64,000 bases of DNA from an uncultured virus (IMG/VR IMGVR_UViG_3300026549_000002) (IMGVR_UViG_3300026549_000002), one strand, 5' to 3'; counted from the first letter of the stretch, positions 38,085 through 49,329 are shown. Program-made: numbers and translations. The notes: generated by a model not told the origin, from the sequence alone.

Positions 38085-41000
38085 CTAGTAAGTTCTGCGA
38101 TTACCGCTCGCTCTTTGACTTGCTAGATTAACTAATTCATTAAATGCTTGTTTAATTTCTCTTGCAGATTCAACCGCTGGGAAATCAGCATTAATAATAA
38201 TCTGTTGTTCATTTGTAGTACTATTATCTGCATTTGCAACTGAGCTAAACAATCCGCTAATGGCACCACCAACTTGTGACATAGCCGCCGCCTTGAAGTC
38301 AGCAACTCTATCCATAACTTGGCTAGCTATCTGTGCTGCTGCAAGCATGTTAGGAGCATCTGTTGAAGTTAGAACATATTCGTTTGGATGAACTACAGCC
38401 AACTCAGCGCCGCCGCCAGTCCAGCCGCCCTCATCATAAGAACTTAATTGTCTTAGTACCTGACTAATCGAGTCTACATTCTCATCAATGCTTCTAATAT
38501 CTTCTCCACCAACTCCATATCTTGCTACGCCAGTTGTACCATTTTGATAATATGCATTACCAAGTAATGTATTGGCAGTAGAATTAATTTGTGCTTCACT
38601 TAAAGCTTTATACTGTTCAACTACTTTAGCAATCGCATCAGCAAATTCTTGTACTTTATTAATAACATCACCATAAGATGTAATCAATTTATCATTATCA
38701 AGTAATAAATCTTCAGTAGCTTTAATAGTACCTTCCATATTAGTAGTTAAATCATCAAAGTGTTGTCCAGTTTCATTCTGTACATCCTCTAAATTCTTAA
38801 CATACTCTTGTTGATTATCACTTGCATCTGACATAAACTGTGCTAACATATCTCTAATACGTTCGCCCAAATTATTACCCAAATCAGCTACCGCCGCAGG
38901 CAATAAATTAGTTACATCATTAAATGTATCTTTTACATCTTCGGCAACGCCATCAAATGAACTTGTATAAATCTCTGTAATAAATCCATCAATTAAATCT
39001 ACATATTCTCCACCTGGTTTAAACATTTGTTCAAAAACTTTATAAGTATCTGAATCCATACCAAGTGCAGCCATAAACTCATCGCCCATTTGACCAAATA
39101 ATTCAGTAGCTTCAACTCCTGTAGCTTGAGATAATTTTCTCATCATTTCAGCATAATCATTTGCAGTTTTAGTAGTTTTCTTGATATACCTCTCTTGAAG
39201 TAATGCCATTTGATCATTCCATTCTTCAGTATTAAATCCATACTTTTCTGAAATATCAGCAGCTTCTTCTGCGAAACTATCCATTTGGTCATACATTCTA
39301 TCTACAGTATCTTTAAAGTCCTCTTTAACAAGTAGTCTTAAATCCTCTATTGCATCTCTTAATTCTTGTTGTTTTTGTGCAACATCATTGGTATCTGCAA
39401 TATACTGATACCTGTAGTTACCTTGACTATCTCTACGGAGCCTCATCTTAGTCTTATTATTCTGTGCATCTTCTAATGCTTGACGTTTAAGAATAATATC
39501 TAATTCTTTTTCAGCTATATCTAAATCTATTTGTCTTAATTCAGTTTGATTTTCAAGATTCTTAGTAGTAGCATCTAACCATTTATTTAATTCTTTTTGA
39601 TGCTTTAAGTTAGCATTACTAATAGCTTCTTGTGTCTTTTGAATCAAATTATAAGTACCATTAGCCCTAGATAATGAATCTAAATATCTATCATCATCAT
39701 CTAAGAAATCTTCCCAAAGTGTTTGACGTTTATCCCAATCGCCACCTGCGAAAGTATCCTTAAGTTGTTTAGCTAATTGATTAAAAATGGCTTCATATCT
39801 ATTATAGAAATAATCAGCAGTATCTTTAATACTACTATTTAAATCTTTAACAGCATCTTCCCAATTTTTGCGATATTCTTTCCAAGCATCACTACCCTCT
39901 GCAACAGAGTTCATTTGCTGGAACCAGAAATCTCTTTCCTTAGCAAGAAGTTGAATATTCTTCATACTATTATCAGCTTGTTGTTGATATAAATTAGCCA
40001 TTTGGCTATAGGCTTCATCACCATGAAGCATTTCAAGCATATCAAGATTATGCTCAATCAAATCATTAATTTGTTCATATTCATCTTTTTGTTCATCAAA
40101 AGCATCTTGAGCATCATCTATAGCATCCATCCAATTATCGTGAATATCTTCTTGAATATCTGCTATATCTTCACCACGCTTCATAAGTTCTTCAGTATAT
40201 TTCTGCAAGTCTTCCATTGCAGACTTCATATCATCATGGTAAGGTGAAGCATTATAATTACCTCTATTCATTTCTGCTATCGCATTTTGAATATCCTTAA
40301 CATGTTGAGCTAATTCTTTAGTATCTTCTAAAGCATCTTGTCCTATACTTAAACCATAAGAACTTAAATTAATATAATCATCTTCTTTGATTTGATCAAG
40401 TACGTTGCGTCTAAATTCCTTTAAATCTTTTTCAAAATCAGCCGTATCTAAATGCAAATCAATAGTATAATTGAAGCGTTTGATATTATTTTCAATCATT
40501 TCATTTAATGCATCTAAATCATCTTGAAGTTGCTTATTATAGATGTCTAAATCTTTTTCATAGGCATCTATAGCTTTCATCATAGCATCATAGTCTTCAG
40601 TAGCTTTTTGATATTTAGCATTATTATCTTCGCTTGGTTTCTTTTGTGCTTTATTATATAAATCTTCAACTTGTTGTTGATATTTAGCTAAAACACTAAA
40701 GTAATTAGAAATATCTCCATCACTATTGAAGCCAAAACCATAATTACGAGATAACTCTTGTTGTTGACGTTTAACTTCAGCAGTAGCAATATCAGCTTTT
40801 TGTTTGATTAACTTACGTTGTTTTTCTAATTGTTGATTCTGCTTAACAAGATTATCAAGATATTGTTTACCAGTTAATTTCTTTTCTTCTTTTTGAAGCT
40901 TCTTTAAATTATCTTCAACAATACCTAACTGACGATTAACATCATGGTAAGGGTCTTTTTTAATTTCTTTTTTCTTCGCTGGCTGAACTTTTTTACCTTT

Positions 41001-44000
41001 TCCGCCGCCTTTTTTACCTTTACCACCTTTTCCGCCACCGCCGCCGGATTTTCCACCGCCGCCGCCAGCGTTCTGATGTTTAAATCCACCACCAGATTTT
41101 TTATTTGCTGCAGTAACTTCTAAAGATGTTACTCCTTCTTGACTTGTTGCTGTTGCAGTGCTTTTTTGTCCTTCAAAAGTAATAACTGGTACTGGTACAT
41201 TTGTAAAATCAACAGTACCATCAGCAGCGATTTGTGGAACGGGCGCAGGGACAGAATCAATATGTGGTACAACATCAATTAATTCTTGTTTATTTTCTTT
41301 TGGAACTTTTTTCTCAATAACTTTAGCATCAACACCCATTGATGATAAATAATCAGTTGCTTGATCCGCAGTCATTCCTGCTGCATTAACCATATTAGTT
41401 AAAGCTGCTAAGAAATTTGCATCATTTAATTCTGCTCCAACCTCAATATCATCCCAATCTTGTCCAGTAAAACTTTCAATTTGACTTATAATATTAGCTT
41501 TATCTGTTTCAAATTGAGCATCATCAATACCAACTTGAGCAAGAATATCTTTGCCCGCTGCTTCAGCTAATTCATTATATGCTTCTTCATCGCCTTCAGC
41601 TGCCCTACGCATCAAATCCATATTTTCTGCGTTGGTAATAAAATCATCAGATAAGCTATCATATGGTAAATCAAGTAAATCACCCATAGCGTCTCTCATT
41701 TCATCTATGGTTTCTGCTTGATCCATTATATCACCATTTTCTAATGTATCTAGCCAATCATCATAACTTTCATTAATTTCTTCAACAGCATCTTTATAAC
41801 GAAGTAAAGATTCTGCAACTTCATCATAATCTGCGCTATCTAATCCATCTGCTAAACCATCTATTTTATCAGCAGATTGCTCAAGATAATCACTAAGCTT
41901 TTCTAAATCTTCAGTATCAATCTCTTCATCACGATGAGTCATATTATCAAGTTCTTCTCCTAACTCTTTGGCTCTATCTCGTGATTCAGATAATTCTGCT
42001 TTTAAAGCAGGAAACTGATCAATATATTCTTTAACTGCATCTGTTAAAGCACGCATGTCTTCTTCAGACATCGTACCATCTGCAATTTGATCTCTCCATT
42101 GGCCTAGCTGTTCTGTATCTTCATAACCTGCGGCAGCAAGGAAATTTAATTGAGATTCTTGTCCTTCTTGCGAAGTTTGTTTGCTAGTTAATCCTAACTC
42201 TCCTAAGCGAGTAGCATCAGCTAATCCTTCAATTTTCTTTTGTAACGCATCTGCTTCTTCAATAAAAGGTTGAGCAGATATACGTTCCATGGCGTTTTTA
42301 AACTCTTCTGCGGTTGTTTTAAGTTTATAAGTACCATCTGGCATTTTGGTGAAGAACTCATCCATATCACGGCCTGCAGTTGTTAATGCACCTTGAATAG
42401 CCGAAATATTATCCTCTCCACTTAAAACACCATCTTCTCCAACACTTTCAGTTGCAGATTTTATTTTTCCATAAGTTTCTTCATCTGCTTTTGGTGTTTC
42501 ATCACTAAATTTATCTATAAGTTGTTGACCATATCGTTCAAAAGCAGACATGGATTCTTCTGCTTCTCTTCCTGCGGCTTCACCAGCATTAATTATATCA
42601 TTTTCTTGTTTAGCTAATTCTTGAGTTTTTCTATATCCAGAAATACGATCTCTAATATCTTCTTTAGTAAGATTTTTTAATTCGTCTTCTTCTATTGTAA
42701 TACCAGTTAATTCAGAATATATTTCAGCTAAAGCATCTTTAGAAGCACGCATTTCTTCTTCAGTAAGCATGCTTCCCAATTCATTATAACGCTTATTATA
42801 TTCTGCATTAATTTCATCTTTATATTCACTATTTTGATAACGACTATTATCTCCTAATTCACTACTAGCTCGATTACTTTCTAATGCTTCAATGCCTTGA
42901 GCAGTAGTATTTAATTCTAATAATCCAGAAGTATTTTCTAATAATGCAGCTGCTTGACGCTCACTAATTCCTTCTAATCCAGGAACTTGATTAAGAAGTT
43001 CTTTAAATACTGCTGCACTATCAGCATTGCTATCCATAATGGCGCCCATATTTTGAGCAAATACTTGAGCAGCATCATAGATTTGGTTTGAAGTCATACC
43101 CGCGCCAGTATCACGACCTAATTGCTCTGCATCAACCAATGCTTGTTGTTTGGTTGCATTTGCTTGTGCTGAAATTGCTGTATTCTGTGCAGCTTGAACT
43201 TTATTTAATTGATTATCAAGAAGTTGATCAATACCTTCTTGATCAATTTCTAAAATACCATTTTTATTATTTAAAAATTCAGCTAATTCTGGATATTTAT
43301 CTACTAAAGCAAGAACCTGTTCATTTAATTCTAAAACAGCTTCTTTCCATTCTTGTGTACCCTCTTTTAATCCATCAAGTGTGGTACGAGCATTTTTTAA
43401 ACCATCAAGAGAATTTTGTAATTCTACATATTCATCTGCTAATTCAGACGCTGTTTCTTTAGCATCATGCGCCGCTTGTGTTGCTGCTTTAGCGCGATCT
43501 TCTTGTGCACTGAATGCTTTAACTAATAAATATATTCCAGCGCCAGCTGCAGCTACCGCCGCAACAATAGCCCAAATTGGGATCAAAAGACCCGCGGTTG
43601 CAACCGTTGCCGTCCCTGCAGCTACAGCCTCAGCCTCTTCAGCTGCAGCTAAAGCTGTAGTAGCTCCTGTCTCAGCCGTTTTAGCTCCTATAGCAACAGT
43701 TCTTGTTGCAACTTCTTTTACTTTAACACCAACATTTACTAAAACAGCTTTACTATTTGCAAGAAGACCTGCTGTTTCAGCATTTTCTAAAGTACTTAAA
43801 GTAGCCATTGCTCCACTTAAAGTTTTATATTGGCTAACTAGCATTGGAATTGCGAAACCTAAAGACATTATCACTTGTGATAATTTATCCATAGCACTCG
43901 CATTTTCATCAGTCAAAGTTCTAAATAATGATGAAAAAGTTCCCCATGTAGTTGTTAGAATACCAACACTACTTGTCCAAGCATCAGTACGTGCTTTGGC

Positions 44001-46214
44001 TTGAGCAATGGTTGCTGCATAATCGGTTTGTCTGTCAAAACTACCTTGACGTTGATCTTGATCACTACGAATTTCTTTAGCTTTATCTTCGGCGGCATCA
44101 GCAGCTTCAGCTGCATTTAATCTTCTCTGCATTTCTTGAGTAATACCCTCTTGAATATGCAAAACTTTTTCTTCAGAAGCAGCTACAGCATCACTTAAAC
44201 GCTTAATTTCTTCTTGCGATCCACCTTCAGATTTTAAAATATCAATTCGTGCTTTTAATACTTGCTGAATTGTCTCTTCTTTTTGGATTCTAGCATTAGA
44301 AGCCATCATATTTTTTTCAATTTGACCAGCTTCAGCTTCTAGAGCTTGTAAATATCCTTGACCAGGCTCACGCATTTCTTTAGAAATACCTGCACGTCTA
44401 GCTTGAATTTTTTCAATTGCTTCTTGTTGAGTAGCTTCTTTTTCTAAAGTACCAATATATGCTTGTTCCTCAATTAATTGCTGTTGTTGTTCAGCCGTTA
44501 ATCCTCTACGAACTTCTAATAATTTTTCAGCATTCTGTTGATTAATAGTAGCTTCTGCAACATCTCCCTGTAACTGCGGAGTCGCAGACATACTTAAATT
44601 ACCTAAATCAGCTTTAATTTGATTTACTTTTGCTGTCCATTTATCTAGATTTTGTTGAGCAATTTGAGAATTAACCTGAAATTGTCCAATTGCTTGACCA
44701 ATTTGATCTCTAAATACATAAGCAACAATAGAACCAAAAGCGGTAACAGATTTAATTCCACCACCAAAACCTTCAAGAAAATTATCTAAAACTTGTACAA
44801 GATTTCTAATAGTATCAATACCAGCATTAATTTCGCTACTATTAATTAATGTAGCATATAAATCTTGATAAGTAGATTTTAATTCATTTAAATGTGCTTG
44901 TGTAGATTCTAAATATCTATTATTCTTTTCATCTAATGCACCTTGAGCATTTAATGAAACATTTAACATATCAGAATACTGCGTCCAGTTATCGAATAAC
45001 GCAACTAAGTTATTCATTTGACGTTGGCCTGCCATGGTTTGCGCTAAGTAGATTTGTTGTTCTCTACCCATTGTTCCCCATTTTTCACCAATCTCTTCCA
45101 TAACTTCGCCAGTATCTCTTAAATGTCCCGTAGCATCAAGTACATTTATTCCCAAACTGGCCATTTTGCCAGTATAATTACCGAGAGATATTTCAGCTTC
45201 ATCAGAACCTGTTTTAATATCATTAATACGAGCATAAATAGTTTTTAATGCATTACCAACTGTTTCTGGTGCTTGTCTTGTTGTTGCAATAATTGTTGAA
45301 ATCTGAGCGGTAAGTTGATCCATATCAACACCCATATTATTAGCAACAGATGCAACCTTAGACATAGCTGTAGCTAATTCTGCCAAGTTTGATGCAGAAC
45401 TATCAGCTACTGCCGCAAGTTTATCAACATAATCAGTTTCAGTACCAATTTGTGCTTGGAAACCATTCCATACAGCAGTTAAGTTTTCAGCAACTTCAGA
45501 TGCTCTTGCTCCAGTTACATTAGCTGCTTTAATAGTAGCTTCTGTTCTATTTACAACAGCTTCATCACCTAAACCCTGTTGATAATATGCAAGAGCTGCT
45601 TTAGTATAATCTAAAGTATTAGCTCCCATATTCTTTGCGGCAGCATTAGCTTGTTCAGCAAATCTAGACATTTGATCTGCCGAGTCACCAGTAACAATCC
45701 TAATATCTGTTAATGAAGTATCTAATTGTTTTGCATAATTATAAGCATCACGAATTGCACCTGTCATAGTATTTAAAACACTAGATGCAACGCCCCATTT
45801 AACAGTATTAGTCATAGTAGTTGCCATATCATTTAACAACTTATTCTGTTCTTTTAATTGAACATTTGTGTTTAAAATAGAAGTTGCTAATTTACTATAA
45901 GCAGCTACACCGGCATTACCTTGCCCAATTAAGCTAGCTCTTACCTGTTCACTAGTAATACCCGCTTGTTTTAATCCTTCATTAAATTTAGTAATATTTA
46001 AAGTTCCTAAATCTTTATTAAAACTAGATTCTAAAATTGATGATAGCTGTCTAGCCATAGTGCCGGCTTCTCTTAACTCATCTGTTAACTTACCACTTGC
46101 TTTAGCATTATTCATAGTGGTAGTTATTTGAGTCAATTGTTTTTGAAGGTCTCTCAAATTATTACTATTAATTTGAAAGCCAACTTCAAAATTAATTTTA
46201 TTTTGACCAGCCAT
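38085..46214 (-). CDS. tail tape measure protein (2709 aa)
   Basis: TP901-type core (LDTSLTDIRIVTG, VDKLAAV, VGNALKTIYAR, AGQRQ); TM-like Ala-rich stretch; long coiled coils; C-terminal YDEGG..LAVVHPNEYVL. Confidence 0.9.
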   Translation of the reverse strand: MAGQNKINFEVGFQINSNNLRDLQKQLTQITTTMNNAKASGKLTDELREAGTMARQLSSILESSFNKDLGTLNITKFNEGLKQAGITSEQVRASLIGQGNAGVAAYSKLATSILNTNVQLKEQNKLLNDMATTMTNTVKWGVASSVLNTMTGAIRDAYNYAKQLDTSLTDIRIVTGDSADQMSRFAEQANAAAKNMGANTLDYTKAALAYYQQGLGDEAVVNRTEATIKAANVTGARASEVAENLTAVWNGFQAQIGTETDYVDKLAAVADSSASNLAELATAMSKVASVANNMGVDMDQLTAQISTIIATTRQAPETVGNALKTIYARINDIKTGSDEAEISLGNYTGKMASLGINVLDATGHLRDTGEVMEEIGEKWGTMGREQQIYLAQTMAGQRQMNNLVALFDNWTQYSDMLNVSLNAQGALDEKNNRYLESTQAHLNELKSTYQDLYATLINSSEINAGIDTIRNLVQVLDNFLEGFGGGIKSVTAFGSIVAYVFRDQIGQAIGQFQVNSQIAQQNLDKWTAKVNQIKADLGNLSMSATPQLQGDVAEATINQQNAEKLLEVRRGLTAEQQQQLIEEQAYIGTLEKEATQQEAIEKIQARRAGISKEMREPGQGYLQALEAEAGQIEKNMMASNARIQKEETIQQVLKARIDILKSEGGSQEEIKRLSDAVAASEEKVLHIQEGITQEMQRRLNAAEAADAAEDKAKEIRSDQDQRQGSFDRQTDYAATIAQAKARTDAWTSSVGILTTTWGTFSSLFRTLTDENASAMDKLSQVIMSLGFAIPMLVSQYKTLSGAMATLSTLENAETAGLLANSKAVLVNVGVKVKEVATRTVAIGAKTAETGATTALAAAEEAEAVAAGTATVATAGLLIPIWAIVAAVAAAGAGIYLLVKAFSAQEDRAKAATQAAHDAKETASELADEYVELQNSLDGLKNARTTLDGLKEGTQEWKEAVLELNEQVLALVDKYPELAEFLNNKNGILEIDQEGIDQLLDNQLNKVQAAQNTAISAQANATKQQALVDAEQLGRDTGAGMTSNQIYDAAQVFAQNMGAIMDSNADSAAVFKELLNQVPGLEGISERQAAALLENTSGLLELNTTAQGIEALESNRASSELGDNSRYQNSEYKDEINAEYNKRYNELGSMLTEEEMRASKDALAEIYSELTGITIEEDELKNLTKEDIRDRISGYRKTQELAKQENDIINAGEAAGREAEESMSAFERYGQQLIDKFSDETPKADEETYGKIKSATESVGEDGVLSGEDNISAIQGALTTAGRDMDEFFTKMPDGTYKLKTTAEEFKNAMERISAQPFIEEADALQKKIEGLADATRLGELGLTSKQTSQEGQESQLNFLAAAGYEDTEQLGQWRDQIADGTMSEEDMRALTDAVKEYIDQFPALKAELSESRDRAKELGEELDNMTHRDEEIDTEDLEKLSDYLEQSADKIDGLADGLDSADYDEVAESLLRYKDAVEEINESYDDWLDTLENGDIMDQAETIDEMRDAMGDLLDLPYDSLSDDFITNAENMDLMRRAAEGDEEAYNELAEAAGKDILAQVGIDDAQFETDKANIISQIESFTGQDWDDIEVGAELNDANFLAALTNMVNAAGMTADQATDYLSSMGVDAKVIEKKVPKENKQELIDVVPHIDSVPAPVPQIAADGTVDFTNVPVPVITFEGQKSTATATSQEGVTSLEVTAANKKSGGGFKHQNAGGGGGKSGGGGGKGGKGKKGGGKGKKVQPAKKKEIKKDPYHDVNRQLGIVEDNLKKLQKEEKKLTGKQYLDNLVKQNQQLEKQRKLIKQKADIATAEVKRQQQELSRNYGFGFNSDGDISNYFSVLAKYQQQVEDLYNKAQKKPSEDNNAKYQKATEDYDAMMKAIDAYEKDLDIYNKQLQDDLDALNEMIENNIKRFNYTIDLHLDTADFEKDLKEFRRNVLDQIKEDDYINLSSYGLSIGQDALEDTKELAQHVKDIQNAIAEMNRGNYNASPYHDDMKSAMEDLQKYTEELMKRGEDIADIQEDIHDNWMDAIDDAQDAFDEQKDEYEQINDLIEHNLDMLEMLHGDEAYSQMANLYQQQADNSMKNIQLLAKERDFWFQQMNSVAEGSDAWKEYRKNWEDAVKDLNSSIKDTADYFYNRYEAIFNQLAKQLKDTFAGGDWDKRQTLWEDFLDDDDRYLDSLSRANGTYNLIQKTQEAISNANLKHQKELNKWLDATTKNLENQTELRQIDLDIAEKELDIILKRQALEDAQNNKTKMRLRRDSQGNYRYQYIADTNDVAQKQQELRDAIEDLRLLVKEDFKDTVDRMYDQMDSFAEEAADISEKYGFNTEEWNDQMALLQERYIKKTTKTANDYAEMMRKLSQATGVEATELFGQMGDEFMAALGMDSDTYKVFEQMFKPGGEYVDLIDGFITEIYTSSFDGVAEDVKDTFNDVTNLLPAAVADLGNNLGERIRDMLAQFMSDASDNQQEYVKNLEDVQNETGQHFDDLTTNMEGTIKATEDLLLDNDKLITSYGDVINKVQEFADAIAKVVEQYKALSEAQINSTANTLLGNAYYQNGTTGVARYGVGGEDIRSIDENVDSISQVLRQLSSYDEGGWTGGGAELAVVHPNEYVLTSTDAPNMLAAAQIASQVMDRVADFKAAAMSQVGGAISGLFSSVANADNSTTNEQQIIINADFPAVESAREIKQAFNELVNLASQRASGNRRTY

Positions 46215-46337
46215 CGTTTCCTCCTTTTAATCTCTTATATAAATTATTTATGTTTTTTCACATAAATAAAAAATTGTCTTTACTATCAAAACATGATAAT
46301 AAAGACAATTCAATTAACTTAATCTGGCCTTATTAAA

Positions 46338-46874
46338 TTACTTAATATCTCTTCCGCCATTAGCCGCACGTGCAAAATCCACTACATTTTGATATTGCTC
46401 TGGATTAAAATTATCTACTATTTGTGCGGCAGCCTCTGCATTCGCAGGAAGATCTCCAATAATAGACTGCAGCACTGCAGCCGCAGTCTGTTTATATTTA
46501 AGTCTATCTTCCCTAATTCTTTCCATATAGTCAAGAAGCATATGATATTCAGATTCTTCCATATTAGCAATTACTTTTGGAATTAATCCATTACATTGCA
46601 TTAAATCATATAATTTAGCTAAATCTTCTTTCTGTTTATCTGTAAAACTAATATTAGTATAAAGAAATACTATGTAAAGATTAAAATACATATCAAGAAG
46701 TGCTTCATTATAAATCCCATCTTCTTCAGACCTTTGAAGAGCAATCTGAACTAAATCAATTTTATCTTCAATAGGAAGATATTTTTTTACTTCAATTTTA
46801 TGGTCATTAAATTCAAACTCATTAACCTCTTTATCAAGAGCGAGTTTAAGACTAGCAAATGTTGTTTTCGCCAT
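46338..46874 (-). CDS. putative tail assembly chaperone
   Basis: Immediately upstream of tape measure; IEVKKYLPIEDK. Confidence 0.5.
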   Translation of the reverse strand: MAKTTFASLKLALDKEVNEFEFNDHKIEVKKYLPIEDKIDLVQIALQRSEEDGIYNEALLDMYFNLYIVFLYTNISFTDKQKEDLAKLYDLMQCNGLIPKVIANMEESEYHMLLDYMERIREDRLKYKQTAAAVLQSIIGDLPANAEAAAQIVDNFNPEQYQNVVDFARAANGGRDIK

Positions 46875-46905
46875 ATCTAATTCTCCTTTTATCTCATATA
46901 TATAA

Positions 46906-46934
46906 AGTATAACATAATTTTTGAATTATGTCAA
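46906..46934 (-). promoter_or_regulatory. SigA-type promoter
   Basis: TTGACA-17 bp-TATACT with extended TG. Confidence 0.75.
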
Positions 46935-46935
46935 A

Positions 46936-47979
46936 TTATCCAACTTTAATGGTAAGTTTAAATTTAGTAGCTATTTCTTGTGCAATTTTATCTATTTCTT
47001 CTGTAGCACCTTCTTTTGATAGTTCTGCAATTTGTCTAGCAATCTTACTCATCTGCACTAATTTCGGTAAAGCCTGTCTAAATTGTTCTGTCGTTAAGGC
47101 AGGAATTTTAGTAATATTAATAGCTAAACGTACATACTGACCAAAACGAGCCGTAGAAAAGCTACCTGTTTTTACTGCAAATTGTATATTTCCATCTTCT
47201 TGCCAAACTATATCACCTTTAACCACTGCGGGAATGGAATCAAATTCAATATGATTCCAATATAAAGCCTTTAAACTGCGATACCATGCTTGTGAAGTTG
47301 CACCGGCATTAGTAACTGCTCCATCTTCATTAATAACAGCACCAACATATCCTTCTGCGATAGGCCCCATATTAGTAAAACGTACTGTATATTGTCTAGC
47401 CCTTTTATGATTTTCATTTAACTCATGCCAGTAAAAACGTCTATCATTATCAGGATTATTAACCATACCTAAAATTGTAGTATATACATCTTTGCGTTGA
47501 GCGATAGAATTTTGAACCCTTTGTAATAAATCTTGTTCCAAATCTTGCGTTTCCATCACGTTTCCAGCACTAATATTACCACGTCCATAGGCTTTAGTAG
47601 CTGTTTGATATAATTGTCCAATATGCGCTTCATCTAAAAAACTCATGTTACCATCGGTCATTACATAAGTCAAATAGATAGTTCTGCCTAAAAAAGAATT
47701 TACTCGCTCTTCAAATTGATGTTGCAATAAAACCGCTTGAGATGAAAAATTATCAACTGTTCGCATAGCATAATAAATAGCTTGTAATTCTGAAGATATA
47801 GTTCTTTGAGATTTTACCATTCTAGCAAGTTCTCCAATTTGATGAACTCTTTCTAAAAAAGCATTCGCAGTTAATTGTAAAGCTTGCCAATCTCCTTTTT
47901 CTACTTCTGGTAAGGCCTGGCTAGTTATGTCTAAAAGTCCTTCTTGAATAATTTGTTCATTCGTCGCCATAGGCTTCAC
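46936..47979 (-). CDS. hypothetical protein (347 aa)
   Basis: Long ORF; GAGGTG RBS. Confidence 0.7.
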   Translation of the reverse strand: MKPMATNEQIIQEGLLDITSQALPEVEKGDWQALQLTANAFLERVHQIGELARMVKSQRTISSELQAIYYAMRTVDNFSSQAVLLQHQFEERVNSFLGRTIYLTYVMTDGNMSFLDEAHIGQLYQTATKAYGRGNISAGNVMETQDLEQDLLQRVQNSIAQRKDVYTTILGMVNNPDNDRRFYWHELNENHKRARQYTVRFTNMGPIAEGYVGAVINEDGAVTNAGATSQAWYRSLKALYWNHIEFDSIPAVVKGDIVWQEDGNIQFAVKTGSFSTARFGQYVRLAINITKIPALTTEQFRQALPKLVQMSKIARQIAELSKEGATEEIDKIAQEIATKFKLTIKVG

Positions 47980-48011
47980 TCACCTCATTTCTGCGGCGGT
48001 CCTGCCGCAAT

Positions 48012-48043
48012 AAAAAAATGGGGAGGGTATAAAACCCTCCCCA
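48012..48043 (-). terminator. terminator after major tail gene
   Basis: TGGGGAGGGT/ACCCTCCCCA stem with A7 tract. Confidence 0.8.
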
Positions 48044-48055
48044 CTAACCTCAGTT

Positions 48056-48343
48056 TTATATATCGATCTGTACATCAACAGGAATTTGTACACTTTTATC
48101 CCCAGCCGAAACCGTGATAATGGTAGACCCATGAGCCATACCAGTAATTAATCCAGTAGAATCTACTGAAGCAATACTTGAGTCGGCAGAACTAAAGGTC
48201 ACTACTGCATCTGCGGGATCAACAGTTACAGAGATCCGTTGAGTTCCTCTAACTGCCATTCTCCTAATCTCGGTAGGAGCTACTACGAGGCTTTTAACGG
48301 ATGGTTCATCATCATCACCACTTGGTGGTTCCGGTGGAACTAT
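48056..48343 (-). CDS. Ig-like (Big_2) domain, probably fused to the major tail protein by -1 frameshift
   Basis: VTFSSADSSIASVDSTGLITG..GSTIITV; open -1 frame extends back across the MTP stop. Confidence 0.75.
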   Translation of the reverse strand: MVPPEPPSGDDDEPSVKSLVVAPTEIRRMAVRGTQRISVTVDPADAVVTFSSADSSIASVDSTGLITGMAHGSTIITVSAGDKSVQIPVDVQIDI

Positions 48344-49296
48344 TCCCCCTCGTTTGCGTCAGTGCTATCCTGTGCCATAGGCTCAGTATGTTCCTTAGCA
48401 GCTGTATGTGGCATTACGATGTGGTCATCTGTACCACCACTAGCACTGTTGTCAATGTCGGCAGCAATTTGCAGTACACAAAGAACTTGCTTTGTCTTAT
48501 CGAAATATGTGTAACCTGGGAATGCGTCCATTGTGAAATCAAATGTTGAAGGGTCTCCAGTACCAGCCATTGTGATAGTGAAGTTACTCTGAATCTTAAC
48601 ATTAGGGAATGTTAAGTTAGCAGGCAGGTCTTTACCAGTAGCCTGTTCTCTGAACAGAGTATCAGCCTCAACATAGTATGAACCACCGAATGTACCAGCT
48701 GTGATGTCTGCTTCCCAAACGCTTGTTCCTGGGAGATCAACATAATAATCAATCATAGCATTAACATTCTTTGCGGCGGTAACAGTAATCTTTTTACCAG
48801 ATGCATCAACAGTTGCACCTGTAAGGATTTCACCTGTAAGAGAACCATCGTCCTCAGTCTTCATAACATAAAGTGGAGCATCCTCAGCACAAATTTTTGC
48901 ACTTGCACCAAACTGAGCAACAGCATCAGTCATATCAAATTCACCACTTGCATTGGAAGAAGCCATACTTGTCATATGGAAATGAACATTAGGTTCATCT
49001 TTAGAAAGACCTTCTTTGAAAAGGCCAGCACCAGAAAGGATAGAGAATCCAATAGGTGAAAGCAGAGCGTCTGTTACTGTAAATGTAAGAGTCTTGTCGC
49101 CTTCCCAAGCGATAAGTCTAGAGTTACCTCTTCCGCCTTGAGCATAAGTAGTTGTAGCTGCCTGCTCAAGAGTAGAAGTAGTTGCTGTATCAATATAAAG
49201 CACTGGTTGTCCAACTTGGAATGTTGCTGTACCAATCTTTGTTGCCTGTTTTGCACGGAAAACAATATTAGCACATTCACGAATACCAAACTTCAT
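48340..49296 (-). CDS. major tail protein
   Basis: YAQGGRGN..LIAW; DPSTFDFTMDA; high-expression codon bias; position. Confidence 0.75.
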   Translation of the reverse strand: MKFGIRECANIVFRAKQATKIGTATFQVGQPVLYIDTATTSTLEQAATTTYAQGGRGNSRLIAWEGDKTLTFTVTDALLSPIGFSILSGAGLFKEGLSKDEPNVHFHMTSMASSNASGEFDMTDAVAQFGASAKICAEDAPLYVMKTEDDGSLTGEILTGATVDASGKKITVTAAKNVNAMIDYYVDLPGTSVWEADITAGTFGGSYYVEADTLFREQATGKDLPANLTFPNVKIQSNFTITMAGTGDPSTFDFTMDAFPGYTYFDKTKQVLCVLQIAADIDNSASGGTDDHIVMPHTAAKEHTEPMAQDSTDANEGE

Positions 49297-49329
49297 AAAT
49301 GCATTTCCTCCTTAAATTATATCTCCTGA

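Noticed and set aside
43381..44004. 207-aa + strand ORF and other antisense ORFs in the track
   Set aside because: Shadow frames of Ala-rich or structural genes with no RBS or recognisable motifs.
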